Of a stretch of DNA of 64,000 nucleotides, positions 50,316 through 62,400 are shown one piece after another. Made by a program: the position numbers and the translations under genes. The stretch comes from Candidatus Omnitrophota bacterium (GTDB taxonomy: Bacteria; Omnitrophota; Omnitrophia; Omnitrophales; Aquincolibacteriaceae). Location: NCBI GenBank assembly GCA_035352955.1, contig DAOPYQ010000001.1:101536-165535 (forward strand), read 5' to 3'. The notes below the pieces were generated by a model. It was not told the origin of the DNA. It was given only the letters and a program-made list of their open reading frames with translations, and ran no database searches. How positions within the stretch are numbered: position 1 is the first letter of the stretch; every line of letters begins with the position of its first letter.

Positions 50316-50380
50316 GCCTCGGTTCATTTTTGTCAATTCCCTCACAGGGAAATCCAGTTTTCGGGTCATTTTCAGCGCCT

Positions 50381-50409
50381 ATTTATAGCAATATATAGCA
50401 TTAAATTCC
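50381..50409 (+). promoter_or_regulatory. AT-rich leader motif ATTTATAGCAATATATAGCATTAAATTCC upstream of giant gene 2, sharing TTTATAGCA(T) with the gene 1 leader
   Basis: The motif lies in the 167-bp AT-rich gap between the two giant genes. The same TATAGCATT core is found at 20791-20799, upstream of gene 1. Confidence 0.35.
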
Positions 50410-50482
50410 CCCGATTTGCTTTTTAAGGAAAATGGGTTATTTTTTATTAGTAAAATCATTTAAAAAGATTTAGAGGACAAGG

Positions 50483-53400
50483 ATGCCGTCTAACTTAAGT
50501 CAAACAAATATAACGGTTTATCGAAGATTTATTGCTGCGTTAACCGTCTGTTTTTTTATATTCTCAGACCTCCTGTTTTTTCCGTCCCAAGGCTTTGCCG
50601 GAACCCAGGATATGAGGACGAACAAGACAAGTATTTCCGCCAATATTTCTTTTCCCGCGCAAGTTGAGAAAGTCGAAATCCCTTCCGTGCTTGGCAGCAT
50701 TGAGGAGCGTTTCCGGGGCAACGGTTCGAAGGCTGTGGTGCTGATCCAGGACGCCCACGCCATTCCAACGGCTCAGGAGAACATCAGGAAACTTATCGCT
50801 TATTTCCAGGAACAGTACGGAGTCCGGCTTGTGGCGGCCGAAGGCGCTGCGACGCGACTTGACCCGCAGCTCTTCCGCAGTTTTCCCGATAAGGAACGTT
50901 TGGCGAAAGCGCTGGAACCTTACGCCGGTGAAGGCCATTTGACGGGCGTTGTGGAAGCGGCGCTCCTGAATTCCGTAGCCGGTGATTTCTGGGGGATCGA
51001 AGACGCCGGATTGTATGAGGAAGGGCTGGGTTTTTATCGCCGGGCCATGACCGTTTCTCCGTCGTTGGCTATCGAGATCCAACGAACGGAATTGAGGAAC
51101 TCCGGGCTCAAGGCGGCGATCTATCCTCCGGAACTTTTCGCGGTCGAAAAAGCGCTCGACGCTTTTTATGAGAATAAACTCGGTTTTGCGGAAGCGCTCA
51201 AGACGCTGGTGGTGGTTCGTCCTCCGGCGCGCGGGACCGCACTGGCGCTTATCGCTGAAGAGATCGTCCGTTCCCCGGCGTCTCCGGTGAAAGATCCGGG
51301 GATCGGAAGCGAGACCGGCCGGCTTGCGGAGCGGATGAACGACGCCCTGAAGCAGCGTTTGGTTTCGAGTTCTTCCGAGATGAAGGAATGGAATCAGAAA
51401 TACCAGTCGTTCCGGACGGGGGCCCTGGAAGACGGGGACTACGCGGCCTATCTGAAAGACGTGGCCCGTACGCAGCAGATCCCGATCACCGTCAGCGCTA
51501 CGCTCGATGCGAAAATTTCCCGGCACGAGAAATTCAGGGATATCGAAGGGGGCCTGCTTGTCCGGGAATTCGAATCTTATGTCCGGGAGGTCTCCAGGGA
51601 GCTTTTGAAAAAAAGTTCCGATGCGGACAAGGCGCTACGCCTTTACGAAAGCACGAACCGGCTGCGGCTTCTCAAAAGGCTCGCGCGGCTCGAGCTCGGG
51701 TGGGAAGAATGGGAGATCCTGAAAAAAGACATCGGACAAGTGTCCGCGGGGCTGCTTCAGACGTCGGAACTCCACCGGAATTTTTACAAGAACGCGGAAA
51801 AACGCGACGGCGCTTTTTTGAAAAACCTGGCACGGTTGGACCGCGAGGGTCCGACCCTTCTTGTCGCGGGAGGTTTCCACACCCGGGGGCTTGCGAACGG
51901 ACTGAAGGCCGCGAACATTCCTTACGTCGTCATTCGTCCCGCGATGGGCGCGGTTCCGGAGAAAAGTGTCTATCAGGAGCAGATGTCGGGGAACGTTCCC
52001 TGGAAAGATTATTTTGAAGAGCGGGACGGACGTGTTGATGTCCGTGACGCGTTTACCCGCGCGATGAGCGACAAATTGTTGCAGCCTGCAGGGCCAAAAG
52101 ATTTTGCGTCATCCTTCACCCTTTCGCCGTCCTCTGTGGCGAAAGCCTGGCGCGACCAGATCATCCGTGATCTTGCGGCGCAGGGGAGGATCGAACGGGC
52201 CGGGGAGTACACGCGGTCGCTGGACCGTCTTGCCGGACGTCGTGTTCCGAAGATCGAAAATTTTATCCGGGCTCTTCAGGCGCTTGAAACCTCGGGCGGG
52301 TTGAATCGCGATAACATCCTGGGCCTTTTGAAAGGCGCGCACATTCTTCCCGCTGCGGCGGGCAACGCGATCCTGGGAAACACGACTCTCCCGGTATCGT
52401 TGCTCACTCCGTTCTCATTACCCACAACAACCTCCGAGGTTAAATCTGGCGGCATCCCAACTCAAACCTCGGGGGTTGAGCCCGGCCGTCGTGCGGGCGA
52501 TGAGGATTTTCAAAAATCCCACAGTACGGAATTGGTGGAGAGGCCGACAAGTGATGCTCCCATCCGATCGGAATCACGAATCGAGGCGACAGATGCGGAG
52601 TGGGAGAAGACGCTTGCGTTCTTGAAATCCGCTGTGATGGGGGATTGGAACAGGGAGATCGAGGGATTTACCGAGTATAGTTTGTCCCGCGATGGGCGGT
52701 GGTTCTTTGCCCAATATGATAGTGGGCGGTCGGGAAAGCTGATCGATCTTTCGACGGGTGAAGAGATGCGGCTTGCCGATGGGCGGACGTTTTCGGAGGT
52801 CTACGGGACCAGCGTTAGGCTCGAATTTTCAAAAAATAGCCGTTATGTTCTAGATCGACACAGTGGGATGGTGATCGACCTGATGACCCGTGAGGAAAAA
52901 ACGACCGACGAGGGTGTGCCGTTGTCGCGAGTGATGGATCTCTCCAAGATAGTTTTAAGGGACTTCGAAGCGGATTATCTTGAAGGGACGGTCCGTGGGA
53001 AAAAGGGAGTGATCGTTTTTGATATGGGCACGGGAAAAGAGCTTGTGAGCGCCGCAGGAAAACCGCTTTCGGAGCTGACGGGTCCCGATGTGAAAGCAGT
53101 CCATATTTCACCGGATAAGAGGTGGTGTTTTGTCGGCTATCAAGATCTCGGCCTGAAGTTGATCGATCTTAAGACGGGGCGCCTGGGCCTATCCGGTAAG
53201 GGCAGTCCCGGAAAGGGAGGAGACCCGATGGGAACCTTTTCATCCGATAGTCGTCTTTTTGTGCTGCAGGGGAAAAAGGCAAAAGTCATAGATCTCAGGA
53301 CGGGGAAGCCCCGCATGACAGATTCCGGGCAGAAACTTTCTGACGTGATTGGGAAGACCATCGGCTTTGCTCAGTACCCAGCTTTCGGGAGCAGATTGAT

Positions 53401-56400
53401 CCAAATGGTGTGCTACGCGGAGGAGACAAGTGTCTTCAGATTGTTCGATACAAAGACCGGCCGGGAGCCGATGATCGAGTCCGGCAAGGCGCTTGCCCGG
53501 TTGAAGGGTGCCATCATTGAAAAAGTATCGGAATCTCCGGATGGCCGGTATTTTTGTGTGACCTATCGACGAGCTTCAAAGGGGTTGAAATTCCTGTTGA
53601 TCGACGCTGAAACCGGGAAAGAGAAACTTCTGCGTGACGGGAGGCGGTTTTCTCAGGTTGCCGGGAATGCCGGGAAATGGGTTTTCCCGGAGAATGTCGG
53701 GCTGCTTTGGAGCGTTGAACGCGGGCAAATGTTCGATATCGAGACGGGGGAGAAATATGAAGTGGCCCCGAAATTGATGGGCTCCGGGGCTTGGGCGATC
53801 CCTCGAAATATCACGGGGGCTTCTCTGATCGGGCCAGCGTATGGGATTCTTTTCTCCGTGGATGTTCTTGAAGCTGAAAAAGATCGCATTCTCAGGGCGA
53901 TGGATCCGGGAGCTTTTCAGTCGCTCGCTCTTTTGAGTCGGATGGGGATGATCCGGGACGCTCGGGAATTGAAAGCTCTGACGGCGCTTTTCCAGGGTGT
54001 TTCGGAGAAAATGAACAACGTCTGGCCGGTTGCGGTGGCCAAATTGTGGGAACAGTGGACGGGGAATGAAAAACAAGAGCAGGAATTACGCGGTATGCTG
54101 GAGGAGGCCCGTAGCCTTTTTGAAAGCAAAACTACCGAAAGTGAAAAATTTGAAGTTCAGCAGGATCTTGGATTGAGTTTGGATCAATGGGCCGGCCAGA
54201 TCGCTTCACGCAAGTCGCGGGGAGAACAGCAACGTGCGCAACGCGTCGCGAACGGCGCGCAACGGGGAGAGGAAGGGAAATTGTGGCTTGAAACTCCAAC
54301 AACGGATGACGGAGGTCGGATGACGGATGGCGTAAAGCCCGGTTTTTCGACATCCGCCATCCGCCATCCGTTATCCTCCGCCAAAGGCGGCGGCCGGTCC
54401 GAACTCAGGGAGGGCGACAAGTTTCAAGAAGACGGCGGGTTGCCGGCGGCGATCCGTACCGCTCAGGACAAGATCGCGCAATTGCTCCCCGAAACATTTG
54501 AAGTAGATAACGGTGGCGATTATGAAAGAGAAACACCGGACTATACGATCTATCCCAGGCAGGAAGCTTTGGCGAATTTCTCGGCGATGATGCGGACGGC
54601 GGAATTCACGGCGCTCACAGACGATGAAAAGAAGGTTTTTCTGAAGGCCCTCAGCGGACAATTTTACTCCTGGAGCGGGCTTGATTTTCGGGCTCAGCTT
54701 GAGGTCGTGAAACAACTTCTGTCTTCAGCCGATTTTCAGGCTTTGACGGATCCCGCGGAACGGGAACTGATCTTAAAATGGCTTGCGGATAAGCGTTTGT
54801 GGTTCCCCGGGAAAGGTTCTTTTTTAACCGGATTTCTCCAGACCCGGGCGTTCAGTCTCTCCCGGGATCAAAACGAACGGCTCTTGAACCTCGAAGTTTT
54901 TATCTTGCTGCACACGGAAGGTTTCCGCTTTTTCGGGGATTCGTGGAAGACCTTTCTGGATGCGGCGGAGGGATACCAAGGGATGGGGAGAGAACAGCGC
55001 CTCCGCGTTCTCAAGTTCGCGCGGGCCCTTCTTCTTCGGGAACAACGTTCCCGGAAAATACTCGAAATGGATGATTTCGGGGGTCGTTCGGGCCACCGCT
55101 CGCGGCTGGAAGCGCTTTTGAAATCGGGAATGGAATCTGTCCTGAGCCGGAAAGATGAGGCGCATCTGATTGCCGTAGCGGAGAAAGTTTATGAGCAGAT
55201 CGTTTTATTGAAAAAACAGGTTGTTGCCCGCAAAACGCGCGGGGAGGCACAGCCGGTCCCCGGTCCCCGGTCCCCGGTCTTTGGGAATAAGGAAGGGAAG
55301 TTGTGGCTTGAAACGGCAAAGCCGGAGGACGGGAAACGGATGACGGATGAAGTAAAGCCTGGTTTTTCGACATTCGACATCCGTCATCCGTTATCCTCCG
55401 CCGACGGCGACGGCCGGGCGGAACGGCGGGAAGACAAGGATCCCGCGCAGGCGGAGTTCAGGAAATTCGTGGAGTTTTTCGGATTCTGGAACGTGATGCG
55501 GGGGCAGGAGGGCAGTCAATGGATCGTGACGGAGAACGGACGGTACGCCCTGATCCATCAGAATCGGCGTTCTATCATTCGCCCTAATGAAGGATATTTT
55601 TTGATCAGGGATCTTGTGGCAGGCACGGAACGGATGTTCGAACCGGCTCCGGACACGCTGCCCTTGGCCGATGAGATCCGGCTTTCCGAAGACGGGGCGT
55701 GGATCTTCGCTACGGCATTCGGAGAGACTCAGGACCGGGGCCGGCTTTTCCGGGTGGGAGAGCCCGTGCCGTACAAGATGAAATTCGGTGAGGGTCTGCG
55801 GGACGGATTTTTTTCTCCGGACAGCCGGTATTTGCTTGCGGAATACAAGGATCATCACTTCCGTTTGTCCGCGACTGACCGTACGCCGGCGCCAAAATTG
55901 CAGCTGCCGGAGCGGATCCAGCGCTGGAAATTCTCCGCGGACAGCCGCTGGCTTTCCGTTGTCTCCGGCGGCCGGCTTTTCGTTTATGACCTGGTTGAAG
56001 GCGGGGAGCATTTCCGCTCCTCATTTCTGACCCGCTTCCGGGAGCCTTCTTTTTCCGCCGACGGGCAGTTCTTTTTCGGCCTGACCTCTTCGGCCACTGC
56101 GGTGCGGATCAGCGTTGCGGGAGACTCTCCCGCGGTTCGTCTCTTTTCCCGGGAAGGGATCTGCGGCGGCGGTTTTATCGGGGAAGGGAACAGGATCTGG
56201 ACGCAAGGCCGGATCAAACAAGATTCAACCTCCCTGGTCACGGTCTGGAGCGATCTCGGGAAAGAAGACCGGAATTTTACGCTGGACCGCGGGCTGTTGA
56301 ATCACGGTTTTTCTCCCGATGAACGATGGTTCGTCGCGAGTTATCCTGCCGAATCCGGTACGACGGCTCGTATTGTTCCCACGGGGCTCGGACCTTCCGG

Positions 56401-59400
56401 AGTTCATGCCGGTTATGAAGTCGCGGGGCAGTATTTTCTTTCATTGCCGCCGTTCTTTTTGGATCCCGAAGGCCGGGTCTCCGCGACGCTTAACAAAGGA
56501 GTCCCTCGAAAAAAACAGAATTACTTCGATCCTGCGACCGGTCTTCCTATTTTCCCTAAAAAAGAATATTTGTTTTACACCTTTCACGTGGAGAATCCGG
56601 GATTCTGGTCATTTTTGGGTGATCCGGAAAGAGGCCGTGAGCTGGATCTCCGGTCGCTGAGGGCCGTGAGCGCGCCGCTTGCGGAACTCGCGCAGGCCAC
56701 CGGCCCGCAGTTTGTGAACGTGCTGGGTCTTCTGGGCTATATCGTTCATCTCGGGCTTTTTAGTGAAGAAGATTTTTCCGTAATCCAGGAATGGGCCCGG
56801 CAGAGGAAAGACCCGAAAAATCTGTATGATGTTCTCCAGAAGACTTTGGGAACGGTCCTGACCCATTATCCGGATGCGCAATGGAACGGGACGCTTCTTC
56901 GGGATATTTTCCTTTTGGATGATGAAAAACAGATGGAAAAACGGCTGGAACAATACGCCCAACAGGTCATGGTCCGCCACGAACGCGGCGAAGAACAGCC
57001 CCTGGCCGGTCCTTCTCAACCTTCCGCGGTAAAGGAATCAGAAGAAGGGAAGCTGTGGTTTGAAACTCCAACGACGGATGACGGAGGACGGATGACGGAG
57101 GACGGACGGCTAAAGCCTGGTTTTTCGACATCCGAAATCCTTCATCCTTCTTCCAAAGATGACGGACGGCTAAAGACAAAGGGTTTTTCGTCATCCGCCA
57201 TCCGCCATCCGTTATCCTCCGCCAAAGGCGGCGAACGTGCGGAAAAGCGTGAAGGGGAATTGTCGGCAGAACAACAGGCGTGGGTGGATTCGCTGTCACT
57301 CCGGGATCCGGAAGAACGGGCGCTACTGGTGTCGCTGCTTGGGCGGCTCGGGCGGTTTTCGGGTCTCAGTGTTGAACCCTATGAATATGAAGAGAATCCT
57401 CTTGTTAAACGTCCGCGGGAAATTCAGGAACTGCCGGTCCAAACGTCACTGATGGAATTGTTTGACCCGAAAGTGTATCCGAATCCGTTCACAGACCGTG
57501 AAAAGATCATAGCGCTCCGGATCTTTCATGCCGTTCTGGACAATCTGGACGCCATTTTCCCTTATTTTGAAGAGGCGCGCCGGTCGTTTTTTACTTACTT
57601 GCAGTTTTTGTACGTCAATTCTGCGGTCCGCGGGATCCTCGGTCTTAAGGTTTTTACCAAGCTCAAAACTCCGGAGGAGAGAACGCTGGCCCTGGAGACC
57701 GTTCTGGAGATCCCGGAAAATGTCCGGAAAAATTTCGGAGACGCCGTTAATCACTGGGCTTCCTGGATCATCGGGAGCGCTTTTGACATGATCAAAGACC
57801 TTCCGGACCGGATCGCCCTGCTCGAGGTCGCCCGCCGGACCGTTCCCGCGGCGAAGGAAATGACCGCGCAAAAATTCCGGGACATTGCCGAAGCGACCGT
57901 ATCGATCGATCTTCTCCGCATCCTCCGGGAGTTTTCGTCCCGGGCGGCTGATACCGCGGAGGAAAGCGTCAAGGATCATTTTGCGGAACAGGCGATGGAG
58001 AAGATCAGCCGCGTGGCACAGCGGATCCGGTCCGAGGAAGTTTCGGGCGAGGAACTCCGGGAGTGGCTCGACGGATTACCTTTTAAGAGCCCTGAAGAGC
58101 GGGAGGCATTTGCGGAGATGGTTGCAAAGTCCAATCGCGAGAAGAATGTCCTGACCTACGAATTTGCGACGGGGGAGAATTCCGCAGGCAATACCGAATA
58201 TGAGGACCGTACCGAAGCGATCCTTCCGTATCTTGAAAAACTCTGGCTTTTAGAACCCTATACCTCGCTTCAGGCTCCGCAGGAGCGGGTTCTTGCCTTA
58301 AAACTTTTTGGCGCAATTTTATTCGGGAATTCTGCGCTTTTTCTGGAGGTCATTCCCCATCTCAACAAGATCCTGGGTCCGGAAGTTCTTGGCCCGAGCA
58401 ACGATCCGGCGGAGAGGAGGACTATTCTGGAAATGGCCCGGCAGATCGCGGAACGCGCTACAGGCTCCAGCGAGGACGTTCTCGAAGAAAAATTATCCAA
58501 CTTCGGTCAGTTGCTCGCTCTCAAAGAGGTCCGCGGTCTTGGGATCGCGCAGAGGAGGACGGTCTTTGAAATCATCGGGGAGATCCTCCGTCACGCTGAT
58601 TCTTGGAGGACTTATCAGGGAAGTAAAATGGCCCTCATTACCTTTTGGGAGCTCCTCAGTTCTGACGGATTCAAAAGGCTTCCGGATCCGCTAAAAAAGA
58701 AATCTCTTGAGATCGCGAAGGGATTGCCGGCTTACGCGAAGGGGAAGAGTGATGATGGTATCCAGGCGTTTAGCCAGCTGATCGGTTCGGCAGGAGTTGG
58801 CGGCATTACGGATCCCGTCGAACAGGAAGAATATCTGGACGCGTTCGACAAAACCGCCCGTGTTTTTGCACTCTATGACGAGCCCTTCTCGAGCGGCTCC
58901 GACGCGCCTGACATTTTGTCGGCTTTCGGAAAGTTTTTTGAAAAAGGAAGCATGGATTCTTTCCGGGATCCCGCGGAGCGGAGGGAGATCTTCCGGCTCC
59001 TTGGAGATATCCCGCAACACACGAAAGAAAGAACCGGAGCGGCCCTGGATGTTCTTGGCGGATTGCTTCGGAGCAAGGGGTTCAGAAGTCTTCCGGACGC
59101 GGCCGGGCGGAAAAAGTTCCTGGATAAATTTACGGAGATCGCTTCTGCGCCTTTATTTCGATGGTTTTTCAAGCTCAGCCGCTTGATCGAAAGGCCTGGC
59201 TTTTCGGGGGTTTTTGGCTCTGACAAACAGAGGCGGGTTCTGGAGACCGTTAACGGGATGCCGGAACTTTTGGGTGACAATACCCCTGAGGCGATATCGG
59301 CTCTCGCATCGCTGCTCGATGAGCATGAGTTCCGTGGCGTCGATTTCACAGAAGAGGCGGAGGAGTATCTCACGAAATTTGAGGAGATTCTCAAAGAGCT

Positions 59401-62400
59401 CCCGCAGTATGCCGGAAAGAATGTGAGCCTAGCGTTGAGAGTCCTCGAGGAATTTTTCAAGGAAGGCCTTCCCTGGATCCCGGATCCCGGGCTGCGAAGG
59501 ACAGCGTTGCAGATCGTGAGGTTTTCGCTCAGGCGCTTTACGGAAGGGTCGCATTCTCATCCGGCCCTCGGCTTTTCCAGGGTGATGAAAGATGTCGGGC
59601 GTTCCGTGTACTTGAGTGGCGTGTTGAAGGATTTTTCCCTTCAGCTTGAAGCGGCACCCGACGACGAAACAAGGGTCGCCGAGGCGGAACAGGTTTGCCG
59701 GAACATTGTTTTGATGGCGCCGCAGGTGAGAGCGCGTGAAGTGCGGGGCGAATCGCATCCCGCGCAACGCGCAGTAAACGGCACGCAACGGGAAGTGGAA
59801 GGGAAGTTGTGGTTTGAAACGGCAAAGACGGAAGACGGAAGACGGAAGACGGATGGGGTAAAGCCTGGTTTTTCGACATCCGAAATCCGTCCTCCGCAAT
59901 CCGTAAGCGACGGCGGTGAACGGGCGGAGATCCGCACGGGGCAACAGGAGCGGAAGTACGGTTGGTTCTGGAAAGCCGGACTCTCGGAGAAGGTCGCCGC
60001 GCTTTATTGGGGGTTTCGTTTGTTCGATTATTTCCGCTTGGGTGACCCGCTGGTGCGCGAGGCGTTGTGGGATTTTCTCGGTTCGGAAGGGTTCGGGCAT
60101 CTGTCCCGTGCGGAACGGAATGTGATCTGGCGGTTGTTGGACCTGGTTTTTTGCAGCAACAGCGGGTTGAAGTGGGAAGGTTACCAGCGGGCGCCGGAGT
60201 ATTTCAAGGAACTGGACGCGCTATTGAAATCTCGCGCGTTTGCCGAGATGTCGTTCCCCTGGCGGATGGAATTGTTGACCGCCCTTAAGGCATGGCTCCA
60301 TAAAGGATTCGATCCGAACATTGGAAGGTCCATGGCTGCCGGTTGGGAAGTTCCGCAGATGACCGTTCTTCTCAACACTGAAGTGCTTGGAAGGGTCAGT
60401 CCGGAAACGCGGGAGAAGTTCTGGGAATATCTTTTTCCGAAAGAGACTGTGGGACAGGCGATCCGTCCCGTGCATGATAGCTCGTTACTGAGGTCGTTCT
60501 TGGAAAGCAACGGGGTCAAAGCCTTGACGGTTGAAGAACTCGAAACGATGTTCGGAATGTTCCGGGTTGAAGATGTCAAAATACCCGGCAGCAAGGAACA
60601 AGAACTCCGCCTAAGTATTTCCGTCAGCCCGTCTGTTTTAATCTTTGCCCGGAAGCTTTATGCTTCCCCGCAATGGAAAGCGATGACCGATCCCTCCGAG
60701 AGGTTGGCGATGATCCGGCTCGTGAACGCGGATCCTTTCAACTTGTCCATGGCGGCTCCGGTTGGCGCGACTTTTCGTTCCATGACCATACGCATGCGGC
60801 GGTCACTGATGGATTGGAAAGCTCCCGCGTTGTTCAAAAGAGCGTTTGCGGTGTTGCGCGATGCGGCCCAGGAGCTTGACGCGTCGAAAGACGCCGGATC
60901 TTTCGAGTCGATCCTCGACCGGTCCCGGCAAAAGATCAAACAGATCCTTGAACAGGTCAATGCCCGTCTGGATCGCGGCGAGGCGCAGTCCGATGCCGGA
61001 TCCAGTCCTCAGACCTCGAAGCCGGACAGCGAGGGGAAGTTGTGGTTTGGAACGGAAAACCCGGAAGACGGTAGACGGATGACGGATGGAGTAAAACCTG
61101 GTTTTTCGACATCCGACATCCGCCATCCATTATCCTCCGCCGAAGGCGGCGAACGCGCCGAAGTGCGGGAAAAACAGAGCGAAGAGAAAGCGATCTTTTT
61201 ACCGGCGCTCGATTTGCTCGAGCAACGGCTCAGGCGGGATCCCGGTTATGCTACGGAAGCGAACTTTAAGCCGTTCCGGAAGGTTTTGACCGGGAAAGAT
61301 GCGGCCTTTACTTGGTTTTCAAACATCGTGATTCTTGCTGGGGTTTTATGCTGGGGCTTAGGCTTTTTAGGGTTTTCAAGTGTTGGGGCAGGACTTTTTG
61401 GATTTTTCTTTCTTTCCCGTTCTGAGGATGTTACCGGTTTCAAGATCGCTTGTCTTGTCGCGGGAGGATTTTCGGCATTTGTTTTAGGTATGTCGATTGC
61501 CGAATCCAGCGTGCTGGACACCGGGAAGATGAAGCTCCGGAGAACGAAGGCGGCTTTTCGGGCTCTTGCCATGTTTAAAAATTTCAACGCGGATTTTGAT
61601 TTCGAAACCTACTTACCTTATGTCTACCGGGGGATTTCTTCGCCGTTGTCCGAGGAAGCGTTTGAAACATTGAAGGAACTCTTCGGGTGGGAGCTTCCGG
61701 AGGGCGTTCGCCGGCTGTTTATTTCCGGGGAGCATCGCGAGCGATTTTTCTTTGATGCCCCCGAAGAAATTCTTTCTATTCTTGGCGAAGCTTCTCGGCG
61801 CTATCGTGTGAATGGAAACGAAGCGGAGTGTTGTTCCTTGATCCGGAACGGGATCGAACTGATCGGAGCGCAAGCGATGGCCCGCAAAGCTCGCGGGGAA
61901 CTTAACCCGGTTCCGGGTTCGCGGCCCAAGACTCTTGAGGATCAGGAAGGGAAGTTGTGGTTTGAAACGGCAAAACCGGAGGACGGAAAACGGATGACGG
62001 ATGGAGTAAAGCCTGGTTTTTCGACATCCGACATCCGTCCTCCGAAATCCGTAAGCGAAGGCGGCGGGCGTGCCGAGTTCCGCAGTGAATTGCGGGAGAA
62101 GGCAGGGATGTCCGGTCTGGAGCATGTGGCCCGCGGTGATTACGCCCAACGTTTCTCCGATCTTCTCGACCGGGCTGAGCAAAAAATTTCGCCCCGGGAA
62201 TTCGGGAAGACGGTTGATGTGTTCCGTAGGTTGCTGTCCCGGGAAAGATTTGAGGAGTTTGAAAAACACCGTGAGATAGCGCCTCTTTTTGTGGTTTTGG
62301 AGAATGTCATTCAATATTCATGGCTGAACGCTCCGGAAGCTTTCGAGGCGCTTGCGGCGCTTCTGGATTCGGACGGGTTCAGGAAACTTTCAGCGGGGGA

